DNA of 64,000 nucleotides, taken from Minisyncoccota bacterium (lineage in GTDB: Bacteria; Patescibacteriota; Minisyncoccia; JAHIHE01; JAGLIN01). The position numbers and the translations under genes are program-made. Below, one piece after another: positions 36,790 through 46,076 of the stretch. The stretch is from positions 65,854-129,853 of the forward strand of contig JBAZUT010000001.1 in assembly GCA_041661265.1 (NCBI GenBank), written 5' to 3'. Under the pieces are notes generated by a model, which saw only the letters and a program-made list of their open reading frames with translations, was not told the DNA's origin and searched no databases. Within the stretch, counting starts at the first letter, position 1; every line of letters starts with the position of its first letter.

Positions 36790-37737
36790 CTCTATTAACT
36801 TGAAATACCTTTCCATTCCATAAACGCTAACGCCCATTTTCTTTTTGATCAAATATTCTGAATTAACGAAATTTAATTCGTCTTTTAGGAAACTGGCAAA
36901 GGCTTTGGATATGCCATCCTTGCTGATAAATATTTTTCTTTGAGTATAATGTTTACGCAATTCTTTGACGGTTTTCCGGCATTACTTCTTATATTGTTAA
37001 ATTTATCATAAAGCTCGTCCATTGTCGCTGGAGATATTTTTTCAACTTTCTGCAAAAAACTCCACTGATCTTTGAATGGTTCGAAGCTGTTGACGGGATC
37101 AAGAAAAACAGTATTCCCCGACTTTCTAGCGTTTCCCTGGAACGGCAAAGCGATAAGATTTCCGAAACCTGCGCCTCCAAGATAATCTTGATTAGGGAAA
37201 AGCCTGTCGAAACTTTCCTCTTTTTCGAATTGACCGATAATTCCGGCTTCTTTCAAAATATTAAGAGCAACATTTCTGCTTTTATGCGCAGGATATCTGT
37301 CAGAAAAAAACATCCAGACATGGCCGCCATTTCCCGATTTTGACCTTTCCAGATGTGCGGATAGCCCGTTATCATTGCATTTTTTCATGAATTCTTTCGA
37401 GTTTTTCAGCCAATTCTTCCCATCGAAATCCGCAGCAATAAATAGAGATGAATTGTCGTCTAACAAAGGATATATTCCATAGATCTCATTTCCCCTCAAA
37501 TGCTGTTCGATGTGATAGTCATTGAATTCCGCGTATTTTTTGTGCTTGCAATCCTTGCATTTTCCCTTTTGAAGCTTGATACAGACGCCCGCCTTCCATT
37601 CATTCACGCAAACTGGTGCATAGCCTTTTTTTGGTCTTATCTTTATTCTCCCAATAAACAGCAAAAACATCTTTTCTTCCGATAAAAATGTTTTTGTAGA
37701 TATTGATCTTTTCTTGCGGCGTCAGGTTTTCTGTCAT
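36790..37737 (-). pseudogene. Frameshifted, truncated TOTE-conflict-type archaeo-eukaryotic primase domain gene
   Basis: FIGRKDVFA / GYAPVCVNEW..HLRG..GIYPL..DFD..ERSKSGNGGHVW..DRLFPNQD..GNLIALPFQ spread over three frames. Confidence 0.75.
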
Positions 37738-37798
37738 AATTTCTCTATTATTTCCTCTTTTTATTCTCCCCATCATATTGATTCGCATATCCAAGAAG

Positions 37799-37827
37799 CG
37801 AAATGACATTTTGCCACATGGCATAAA
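37799..37827. repeat. 29-bp perfect direct repeat, copy 1
   Basis: CGAAATGACATTTTGCCACATGGCATAAA, also at 41067-41095. Confidence 0.95.
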
Positions 37828-37837
37828 TTTTTATTTC

Positions 37838-38854
37838 TTATTTTTTCGATTTTTTTCTCAAAAGTTTTTTGACTTCTTTGTCAAAATCGGAAATATAATT
37901 CTTATCCTGTTCTATTCTATATTTTTCATATTCCTTAAGCGCTAATTCTTCCGCAACCTCATGGCTGACTTTTCCGGCGTTAGTTAAAATTTCATACTCG
38001 CTGAATTTCAAAAAAGCATTCAGCTTAACAATCCAATCTTTCATTGTCATCGCCCTGCTGCGCGCCGCTTGCATTTCGGCATAATCCAAATACATATTTC
38101 CAATTCGATTTAAATGCTCCATTTCTTTTTTATCCAAATAATTTTTAGCGATTATTGTATCGCTCGGCATAATCTTTCCCTGCGGAGAACGCCTCCAAGA
38201 AGTTAATCCCATCTTATCTTTCTTGCTGCTCGCGCGATTTGCAATGATTTCCGCCGCGGTCTTGCCTGTTATGGCAAAATGAAGTTTATTTTGCACTGTC
38301 GCAAAAAATTCCTTGCTTTCATGAGCTTTTGGCGAATAATCAATCGCCGTAGCATAAATATCAGTGATTTTTTGATAAATCATCCGTTCACTGGTGCGAA
38401 TGTCTTTGATTTCCTCGTATAAATCATCAAAATATCGGGTACTAAAACGAGAGCCGTATTTCATCCTGTTGTTATCTAAAGCATAACCCTTGTGAATATA
38501 ATTTTTCAAAATTTCAGTTGCCCATTGGCGAAATTGCGTGCCTCGCTCGGAATTCACGCGATAACCGACGGCAATAATGGCTTCCAAAGAATACATTTTG
38601 GCTTTTCGCTGTATATCCCTGCCTCCTTCTCTTTGAACTTGTAAGAAATCCTTACAAGTTGCCGATGCGTCCAATTCGCCATCATCATAAGCGTTTTTCA
38701 AGTGCTGTGTGATATTTTGCGGAGTAGTATCAAAAAGTTCGGAAATACGCCTTTGGGAAAGCCAAATATTTTCTTCAGAATATAGAACTTCAATATTCAC
38801 CGAACCGTCCGGCGATTGATAAAAAGCGATTTGATTATCAGGTATTTTTTTCAT
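37838..38854 (-). CDS. Virulence RhuM family protein
   Basis: IIAVGYRVNSERGTQFRQWA, IKDIRTSER, FATVQNKLHFAITGKTAAEII, AKNYL. Confidence 0.9.
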   Translation of the reverse strand: MKKIPDNQIAFYQSPDGSVNIEVLYSEENIWLSQRRISELFDTTPQNITQHLKNAYDDGELDASATCKDFLQVQREGGRDIQRKAKMYSLEAIIAVGYRVNSERGTQFRQWATEILKNYIHKGYALDNNRMKYGSRFSTRYFDDLYEEIKDIRTSERMIYQKITDIYATAIDYSPKAHESKEFFATVQNKLHFAITGKTAAEIIANRASSKKDKMGLTSWRRSPQGKIMPSDTIIAKNYLDKKEMEHLNRIGNMYLDYAEMQAARSRAMTMKDWIVKLNAFLKFSEYEILTNAGKVSHEVAEELALKEYEKYRIEQDKNYISDFDKEVKKLLRKKSKK

Positions 38855-38885
38855 GTTTTTTTAATAGTTTTATTTTACATTTTTT

Positions 38886-39149
38886 TCATTTCCCCGCATC
38901 AGTCAAATAAAATTTTCCATCAGAAGCCCGCATTTTCAGTTGGTCACATTTTGTGACGACCTCACTTCCCTCTTCTTTTAAACGATTTTTCAATGTTGTC
39001 CGGTAACTTTGAGCTTTTTTATGGTCAGTCTGACTAATTAAAACAGCTATAATATCCACTACCGAAAAATACCACACCTCTTTTTGCTCATCATAAATAC
39101 GGCGAACATTAAAATTTTCAAAAATCACCAACGAACTTTGATTTTTCAT
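38886..39149 (-). pseudogene. Truncated BRO-N (antirepressor-like) protein
   Basis: VRRIYDEQKEVWYFSVVDII..LKNRLKEEGSEVVTKCDQLKMRASDGKFYLTD, then an early stop. Confidence 0.7.
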
Positions 39150-39153
39150 AAGA

Positions 39154-39290
39154 TTATTTTATCTTATTTATTAAATCATCAACACCGACCTCAAACGCTT
39201 TGGCGATTTTAGTTAGGGTTTCGATTGTTGAGTTCCGGTTAACGCCATTTTCAATTTTTACGACCGCATTTAGCGATAAATCGGCTTTTA
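39154..39290 (-). pseudogene. Remnant XRE-family HTH regulator
   Basis: KADLSLNAVVKIENG..TIETLTKIAKAFEVGVDDL; N-terminal helices missing. Confidence 0.65.
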
Positions 39291-39382
39291 AAACCAACAG
39301 TTTCATTTCCTTAATCTTACCCCAAAATCCGCTTAAAATCAAACAAAAACTTACAAAAAAACTTGAAAATAGGGTTTCTAAG

Positions 39383-41014
39383 TTAACCCAAATTGATCCT
39401 CCGAATTTTTGCGATCACCAAACGGATTTTTTCATAGCTGATGCTTTCAGGCAAATGATCTTTGATGGGCTTTAATTTTTGATAGTTTTCGGCCTTGGAC
39501 ATCGCAACAAGAATTTGTCTTTCTTCTTCACGAGTGATGAACTTTTCCGGATCCAATTCTCCGCCAGCCGAATACCATTTTATCAGATGACCGAAGATCG
39601 TGCTCTTGCCCAAATTCCTCATTTTGGCGATTTGATCAAGATCGTAATCTGATTTATAAAGCTTCACTGTTTCCAAGATCGTATCCGACAAAGTCTCCGG
39701 CTGTTCGCCTTTGACTATGAAATTATCTTTGTCGAAATTTTTATCCTGCGATTCTGTGGCGCTTGGCCATTTGAAATCCAGACACACATCGCATCCTTGG
39801 CAATTGTTTCCATGATTTTTCAGGTCCGGATCGGAAAAATATTCAAGGATCATCTTTCGCCGGCATTTCTTTTTTGAAACGTAATCGAGAATCTTTTCCA
39901 AACGATCGTATTTGATGCTAAGAACACTGTTTATTTCCTGCCGGCTTTTTCCTTGAGCAAGCATTTCATCGCGGCTTTTTTGCAAGAAATAATAATGCAA
40001 TCCCGTATCCCTGCCGCTATGGAGCAAAATGCAATAAGCCTTTTCGCCATCCCGTCCCGCTCTTCCCGCCTCCTGATAATATCCCTCGAGACTGCCCGGC
40101 ATTCCAAGATGAATAACATAGCGGATATCGGCTTTGTCCACTCCCATACCAAAAGCGATCGTGGCTACAATCGCCCTGAATTTATTTTCCATAAAATCAT
40201 TTTGGATTCTGTTTCGATCTTCCGACTTCATTCCCGCATGATAAAAAGCGGAAGTTATTCCGTTTTTCTGCATAAACTCAGCCGTTTCCTCCGCTTCTTT
40301 TCTGGTGATGGTATAAAATATCCCGGCTCCATCGATCGATCTGGCAATCCTCAAAGCTTCGCTTCTCCTCTCTTTTTTGGATAAATTTTCTTTCACAAAA
40401 AATTTCAGGTTCGGCCTATCGAATCCGCGGATGAATACTTGAGGATCTTTCAGCCCGAGCCTTTGAATAATGTCATCTTTCACTTCCGGCGTTGCGGTTG
40501 CCGTAAAGGCGGCAATGATAGGACGCCTTTTTAATTTTTCAATATAATTTTTGATCTTCAGGTATTCCGGACGGAAATCATGCCCCCATTGCGAAACGCA
40601 ATGAGCTTCATCTATGGCCAAAAGATAAATATCAAGATTCGCGAACAAACCAAAGAATCCCTCGCTCGCAAGCCGTTCCGGAGCGATATACAAGATCTTG
40701 ATTCTACCGCCCTTTACCTCTTTGGTCCTCGCTTCAATTACACCAGCCTTGAGAGAACTGTTTATAAAAGAAGCTTGAATGCCGCGCGCGTTCAAGCTGT
40801 CCACCTGATCCTTCATTAGCGCAATGAGCGGAGAAACAACCACCGTCAGTTTGCCGCTCAGAATCGCAGGCAATTGATAGCAAAGCGATTTTCCTCCCCC
40901 GGTCGGCATCAGCGCCACCACATCCCGCCCCGCAACAATGCTTTCCACGATCTCTTTTTGCCCCGGACGAAACTCGGAAAAATTGAAATATTTTTTCAGA
41001 TGATCTTCAAGCAT
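39383..41014 (-). CDS. recQ: RecQ family ATP-dependent DNA helicase
   Basis: MPTGGGKSLCYQLP, DEAHCVSQWGHDFRPEY, ATIAFGMGVDK, QEAGRAGRDG, Zn-binding Cys, C-terminal HTH. Confidence 0.93.
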   Translation of the reverse strand: MLEDHLKKYFNFSEFRPGQKEIVESIVAGRDVVALMPTGGGKSLCYQLPAILSGKLTVVVSPLIALMKDQVDSLNARGIQASFINSSLKAGVIEARTKEVKGGRIKILYIAPERLASEGFFGLFANLDIYLLAIDEAHCVSQWGHDFRPEYLKIKNYIEKLKRRPIIAAFTATATPEVKDDIIQRLGLKDPQVFIRGFDRPNLKFFVKENLSKKERRSEALRIARSIDGAGIFYTITRKEAEETAEFMQKNGITSAFYHAGMKSEDRNRIQNDFMENKFRAIVATIAFGMGVDKADIRYVIHLGMPGSLEGYYQEAGRAGRDGEKAYCILLHSGRDTGLHYYFLQKSRDEMLAQGKSRQEINSVLSIKYDRLEKILDYVSKKKCRRKMILEYFSDPDLKNHGNNCQGCDVCLDFKWPSATESQDKNFDKDNFIVKGEQPETLSDTILETVKLYKSDYDLDQIAKMRNLGKSTIFGHLIKWYSAGGELDPEKFITREEERQILVAMSKAENYQKLKPIKDHLPESISYEKIRLVIAKIRRINLG

Positions 41015-41066
41015 AAAAAATGTTAATGTGTTTTTAGCATGATGATACGCACATTGCCATATTTTT

Positions 41067-41095
41067 CGAAATGACATTTTGCCACATGGCATAAA
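41067..41095. repeat. 29-bp perfect direct repeat, copy 2
   Basis: Identical to 37799-37827. Confidence 0.95.
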
Positions 41096-41380
41096 ACCAT
41101 TATTATTTAAGTCTATCGCAATTCACGCTTAAAATCAAATAAAAACGCTTGGGATAAGTCTAAATTTCCTAAAACATACGAAGCTAAGTAATAACAAAAC
41201 ACGGAAAAAAGTCGCATAATATCTTTTCGTTATCTTCGTGCAAAAGCAGATTTGCGCTTTCAAGATTGCGCTTTCAAGATTCATTATTCATAGCCCAATA
41301 TCAATGCAAATAAATGGACATGTGCAGATTTTTGTGATATTTTATAGATATAGTTTCGAGGAGGTTTTCCATTAATTCTA

Positions 41381-41743
41381 ATGCTTAAACATATGTTCAG
41401 CAGACTGATCATACAGATCCTGACAAATTCGGTCGCCATTTATATCGCAAGCATAATCGTTCCGGGATTCATTCTTCGCGAAAACAGCTTTATAACGCTC
41501 ATTACCGCCGGATTCATATTCGGACTGATCAATTTTTTCATCAAGCCCGTCCTGAAGCTGATCTCCACTCCGCTGATCTTCTTCACATTCGGCCTCTTTA
41601 CAATAGTGATAAATATTGGTATGCTTTTCCTGCTGGATTATTTCGTCCCCGAACTGAGGATAGAAGGCTTATCTGCCGCTTTTTGGGCAATGCTGGTCAT
41701 CAGCGCCGTGAACATCTTCATTGGGGCATTCTCGAAAAAGTAA
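41381..41743 (+). CDS. Phage holin family (YvlD-like) membrane protein
   Basis: GLINFFIKPVLKLISTPLIFFTFGLFTIVIN. Confidence 0.85.
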   Translation: MLKHMFSRLIIQILTNSVAIYIASIIVPGFILRENSFITLITAGFIFGLINFFIKPVLKLISTPLIFFTFGLFTIVINIGMLFLLDYFVPELRIEGLSAAFWAMLVISAVNIFIGAFSKK

Positions 41744-41862
41744 TAGTTTGGAACGTAGAAAGCGGAAGGTGGTATGTGGAAAATAAAAGTAGTATGTGGT
41801 AAGCGGTATGCATTATTCAGCGTTTTACTGGATACTGTATACTAAATACTAAATACTGAATT

Positions 41863-42084
41863 ATGGATAAAACCCTGGGAATTGCGCAGACTGTATTTGC
41901 TATACTGCTCGTTGTGGCTATATTGCTTCAGAATAGAGGCGCCGGCCTGAGCGACACGTTCGGAGGAAGCGGAAATATCTATCAGACAAAAAGAGGCTTT
42001 GACAAGTTTCTCTTCATTGCAACAATCGTTCTTGCTGTTGCATTCGTAGGCACTGCGTTCGTAAGTTTCATCAAACAATACTAA
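41863..42084 (+). CDS. secG: Preprotein translocase subunit SecG
   Basis: ILLQNRGAGLSDTFGG..TKRGFDKFL. Confidence 0.9.
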   Translation: MDKTLGIAQTVFAILLVVAILLQNRGAGLSDTFGGSGNIYQTKRGFDKFLFIATIVLAVAFVGTAFVSFIKQY

Positions 42085-42257
42085 AACCTCACAACAATTA
42101 AGGCAAAAGCCGGACAGACACATTTTTTTGTTTGGCCGACTAGTTGCCTTGTTGGCATTTTAAAAATTAAAATAATATTATTGCATTTAATATCATCCCC
42201 AGGAAAATAAAACGGCTGGTTTCAGTCCTGAGCAAAAAGGAAAAAATAGTTGTTTTT

Positions 42258-43877
42258 GTGATGCTGATCCTCATAATAGCCAGCAGCAATTATCTTGCCA
42301 TAACCTATTATCTGAATAATACAAAAGAAGCTCCCGACTATGGCGGAGAATATGTGGAAGGAATGGTCGGGCAGCCCAGATTCATAAACCCGGTTCTGGC
42401 GCAAACCAACGACATCGATTCAGACCTGTCCACTCTGATCTATTCAGGTCTCATGAAAATCGATGAAAAAGGAAATCTCGTGAACGACATAGCCGAGAGA
42501 TATGAAATAAGCGAGGACAAGCTTGTTTATACTTTTTATTTGAAAAAAGGCGTCAAGTGGCATGATGGAAAAGACCTTACGGCGGATGATGTCATTTTTA
42601 CGCTCCAAACCATCCAGAACAAGGACTTCAACAGCCCGCTCCGGACCAATTGGAAAGGGATCAGGGCGGAAAAAATAGACGATCATGCGATAAAATTCAC
42701 GCTGAAGAACGCATATTCGCCTTTCCTCAACAATCTCACGTTCGGAATACTCCCCAAACATCTTTGGGAGTTCATAGGTTCCGGAAACTTTCCGCTCGCA
42801 GAGTACAACCTGACAAAGCCGGTCGGAAGCGGCCCTTATAAATTCAAACAATTTTCAAAAGACAAGAGCGGAAGAATAAATTCCATCGAACTTGCTTCCA
42901 ATGAAAATTATTATTTCAAAGAGCCTTATATCAAAAAAGTTATCATCAAGTTCTTTCAAAATGAAGATGAGATCATTTCGGCTTTTAATCGAAGGGAGAT
43001 AAAAGGCATAAACTATATTTTGCCGTCCAGCAGAAAGAATATAGTTGATTCCGAGAACACAAATATTTACAGGCTCAACATTCCCAGATATTTTGCGATA
43101 TTTTTCAATCAGACAAAAAGCAAGCCTCTTTCAGATAAAGCCGTAAGGATCGCTCTCGCTCATGCAGTAGACAGAAAAAAGCTTGTTGACGAAGTTTATT
43201 CCGGAGAGGGGGTTATTGTGGACTCCCCTATCCCGTCGCAGATCATGGGAAGCAATCCCGACGTAAAAACCTATGAATATTCCGCCGAGGAAGCAAAAAA
43301 CATCCTGGAAAACGCGGGGTGGAAAGACGGCGACGGAGACGGGATCAGGGAAAAAGACGGCGTTAAGATCGAATTCTCCCTGATCACAACCGACTGGCAG
43401 GAGGCAAAAGAGGTTTCTCTGAAGCTTAGAGACATGTGGAAAGAGATCGGAGCTAATGTTGAGATAAAAAATCTGGACATAAACGATATACAAAACAACT
43501 ACGTGAAGCAGAGATCATATGAAGCGCTTCTGTTCGGAGAAATATTGAATTACGATCCGGACCCATTCGCCTTCTGGCACTCTTCGCAGAAAAAAGATCC
43601 GGGATTGAACTATTCACTATATGACAATCCGGAAGCGGATAAACTCCTGGAAGAAGCAAGGCAGGAAACGGATCAGAGCCTCAAAATAGAAAAATATAAA
43701 AAATTCCAGGAGCTCGTCGTTGAGGACATGCCTGCGATATTCCTATACAGCCCTTATTATCTTTATGTGCAGAACAGGTCCATTGGCGGCACGAATTTGA
43801 ACAGCATCGTCATACCTTCCAATAGATTCAACGGGATCGAGAATTGGTATGCAAAAACAAAAAGATTGTGGAAATAA
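42258..43877 (+). CDS. Peptide ABC transporter substrate-binding protein (family 5); start may lie slightly upstream
   Basis: GQPRFINPVL, WHDGKDLTADDVIFT, PVGSGPY, DMPAIFLY. Confidence 0.9.
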   Translation: MMLILIIASSNYLAITYYLNNTKEAPDYGGEYVEGMVGQPRFINPVLAQTNDIDSDLSTLIYSGLMKIDEKGNLVNDIAERYEISEDKLVYTFYLKKGVKWHDGKDLTADDVIFTLQTIQNKDFNSPLRTNWKGIRAEKIDDHAIKFTLKNAYSPFLNNLTFGILPKHLWEFIGSGNFPLAEYNLTKPVGSGPYKFKQFSKDKSGRINSIELASNENYYFKEPYIKKVIIKFFQNEDEIISAFNRREIKGINYILPSSRKNIVDSENTNIYRLNIPRYFAIFFNQTKSKPLSDKAVRIALAHAVDRKKLVDEVYSGEGVIVDSPIPSQIMGSNPDVKTYEYSAEEAKNILENAGWKDGDGDGIREKDGVKIEFSLITTDWQEAKEVSLKLRDMWKEIGANVEIKNLDINDIQNNYVKQRSYEALLFGEILNYDPDPFAFWHSSQKKDPGLNYSLYDNPEADKLLEEARQETDQSLKIEKYKKFQELVVEDMPAIFLYSPYYLYVQNRSIGGTNLNSIVIPSNRFNGIENWYAKTKRLWK

Positions 43878-43930
43878 AAAAATCTTCTTCCTGCAATTGT
43901 TTTTTCAAAACAGGAAAAAGATCCGATCTT

Positions 43931-44428
43931 TTACAAAAAAACTGAAGATATTGCAAGCAATATCAATATTATTGCTATTGCCAATACATATGCGATTTTG
44001 ACGGTTTTGGCCACAAAGGCAAACAGGAATGTGATCACAGCCAAAACTATAAGGAACCCCTCGAGAAATCCGGGCAAAGCCAGCCTGTAGCCCACAATGG
44101 CTCCCGCTATGCAGATGATCCCGAAAAATGCGAAGAAAAAATCAGCTAATCCGCTGGAGATTTCTCCGTTTTCGAGCTCGCATTGTTGTTTCAGTTCCGT
44201 GGTGGATGACATTATCAGAGCTATGGATCCGATGCCAAAGACCACCAATCCCAACGAAGCCTCTTTGAACATCACCAGAATCCCTAAAATTATCACAATT
44301 ACCGATGCCACGGTCAAATAGGCCGCCCTCCTATCGTCTTTCTTGTCAAAGACAACCTGCCAGATCGAATATAATCCGAAAATAAACACTCCCATAGCTT
44401 TCAATGCCAACGTAATTTCTTCTGTCAT
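43931..44428 (-). CDS. Hypothetical membrane protein
   Basis: About six TM segments. Confidence 0.7.
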   Translation of the reverse strand: MTEEITLALKAMGVFIFGLYSIWQVVFDKKDDRRAAYLTVASVIVIILGILVMFKEASLGLVVFGIGSIALIMSSTTELKQQCELENGEISSGLADFFFAFFGIICIAGAIVGYRLALPGFLEGFLIVLAVITFLFAFVAKTVKIAYVLAIAIILILLAISSVFL

Positions 44429-44527
44429 TTCATATGCACCTCATATTTGTATATTTTATCGGCCAGCCGAAGTCTAAATGAACTATTTTGTTTCGGCCAA
44501 CAGCATACATTATCATAAACAAATAAC

Positions 44528-45745
44528 ATGTCAAGCAAATACAATTTGAATCTCGATCACGCAAATATCGATCTCGTTTCCTCGAAATTCCGGGAGAAGA
44601 TCGAAAAGATAAAAAGGATCCCGACCCCGAATTTCGCAAAATATATTCCGGATATAGAAAAATTGAGAAAGCTGAGAGAAAAATACAGCGACAAAAAGAA
44701 TGTGATCGTTGAGGGAAACGGAGGCGCCATAGAAAATTTCCGAAGCATATTCACCGCCCTTTCCGCCGAAAGCAGCAAGAATGTCTACATGCTGGACACC
44801 GAAGACCCGGACTATATCTTCGACCTGATGAGATCATGCGACGCCAAAGATACCCTGGTGATCCTTACGAGCAAATCGGGAACCAGGATCCAGGTGCTCG
44901 CAAACTATTTTGCACTGAAAGAATTCCCCATTCTGATCATAACCGAGGACAACAAGGGGTCGCTGAACGAGATCAGGAAGATCAATAACCATGGCGTTTC
45001 TTTCTACCCAAGTGTTGAAATGACCGACAGGTTCACAGGCCTTACGGAATCGGCGCTCACCACCTCGGAAATCGTCGGAATCAATTCAGAGGAAATGATC
45101 AAGGGAGGAAAAGACATGCACGAGATGTGCGATCCGAAAGCGGATATAAAAGACAATATCGCCCTCCGGTTCGCGTTGACGCTTGACAGCCTGGAAAAAA
45201 TAGGATATAATGAAATGTTTTTATCGATATATTCAAAAAAACTTGCCGGGTTCTATAACCTCATCTCCCAGCTTTTTCATGAAGGCGTCTGCAAGAACGG
45301 AGTCGGACAAACGATATACGGCGGAGAGGCGCCGGAAAATCAGCACCACACATTGCAGCGATTCATCTCGGGAAGAAAGAATTCGGTAGGAGTTTTCTTG
45401 ACCATAAAGAACTTTTCTCATAAAGAGATCGGGATAAACGTAGACGATAACCTTAAAAAAGTGATATGCAGAAATATCACGATGGAAAAATTGAATAAGA
45501 TCTCGCTTGAAAGCATCATCCATGCCGAATTTCAGGGAACATGGCAGGATGTCACCGACAACAAGATCCCTGCGATCAACTTTGAGATCGACGATCTGTC
45601 GGGATATTCCGTCGGAGGATTCATGGCATTCTTTCAATATGCCGCTTTCTATTCGGCGATCTTGAGGGGCGTTAATCCATGCGATCAGCCCGGGGTTGAG
45701 AAAAGCAAGGAGAACATATTTCGTATTATAGCGGAATTTACATAA
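44528..45745 (+). CDS. Glucose-6-phosphate isomerase-like SIS protein
   Basis: GNGG, SKSG, DRFTGL, QHHTLQ, GVNPCDQPGVEKSK. Confidence 0.75.
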   Translation: MSSKYNLNLDHANIDLVSSKFREKIEKIKRIPTPNFAKYIPDIEKLRKLREKYSDKKNVIVEGNGGAIENFRSIFTALSAESSKNVYMLDTEDPDYIFDLMRSCDAKDTLVILTSKSGTRIQVLANYFALKEFPILIITEDNKGSLNEIRKINNHGVSFYPSVEMTDRFTGLTESALTTSEIVGINSEEMIKGGKDMHEMCDPKADIKDNIALRFALTLDSLEKIGYNEMFLSIYSKKLAGFYNLISQLFHEGVCKNGVGQTIYGGEAPENQHHTLQRFISGRKNSVGVFLTIKNFSHKEIGINVDDNLKKVICRNITMEKLNKISLESIIHAEFQGTWQDVTDNKIPAINFEIDDLSGYSVGGFMAFFQYAAFYSAILRGVNPCDQPGVEKSKENIFRIIAEFT

Positions 45746-45786
45746 AATCCGTTAATGAGCTTCTTTGTGATGTTGGGCTTAGCGGG

Positions 45787-45896
45787 AAAAATTAAAAATG
45801 TAAAGATCAAAAATAAAAATGACAGTTTAAAATTAAAACTATTATTTTGAGATTTTGCATTGTCATTTTACATTTTGATATTTCAATTTTTCATTT
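45787..45896. repeat. AT-rich 7-mer palindromic repeat upstream of tRNA-Leu
   Basis: 45861-45893 matches 25033-25065 at 29/33 nt. Confidence 0.75.
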
Positions 45897-45901
45897 ATTA
45901 T

Positions 45902-45985
45902 GCCGGAGTGGTGAAATTGGCAAACACGCAGCGTTCAGGGCGCTGTGGGCGTAAGCCCTTGGAGGTTCAAGTCCTCTCTTCGGCA
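45902..45985 (+). tRNA. tRNA-Leu (anticodon CAG); CCA not encoded
   Basis: GCCGGAG/CTTCGGC acceptor stem, CAGCG-TTCAGGG-CGCTG anticodon arm, long variable arm, GGTTCAAGTCC T arm. Confidence 0.95.
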
Positions 45986-46076
45986 CACTTTACATGGCAA
46001 TTTGCCATGCAACATCAGATGGTTTGTTTTTCTTAATCAAAAAGGGGCGAACCATATAATCAAATAACAACAATAC

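Noticed and set aside
41252-41279. 14-bp tandem duplication TTGCGCTTTCAAGA
   Set aside because: Only two copies; consistent with simple replication slippage and no functional support.
41381-41743. Holin-family gene as evidence of a prophage
   Set aside because: No capsid, terminase, integrase or lysin genes; YvlD-like genes are common chromosomal genes.
45902-46010. tRNA-Leu as an integration site
   Set aside because: No duplicate of the tRNA 3' end was noticed in the window, and rnj follows directly.
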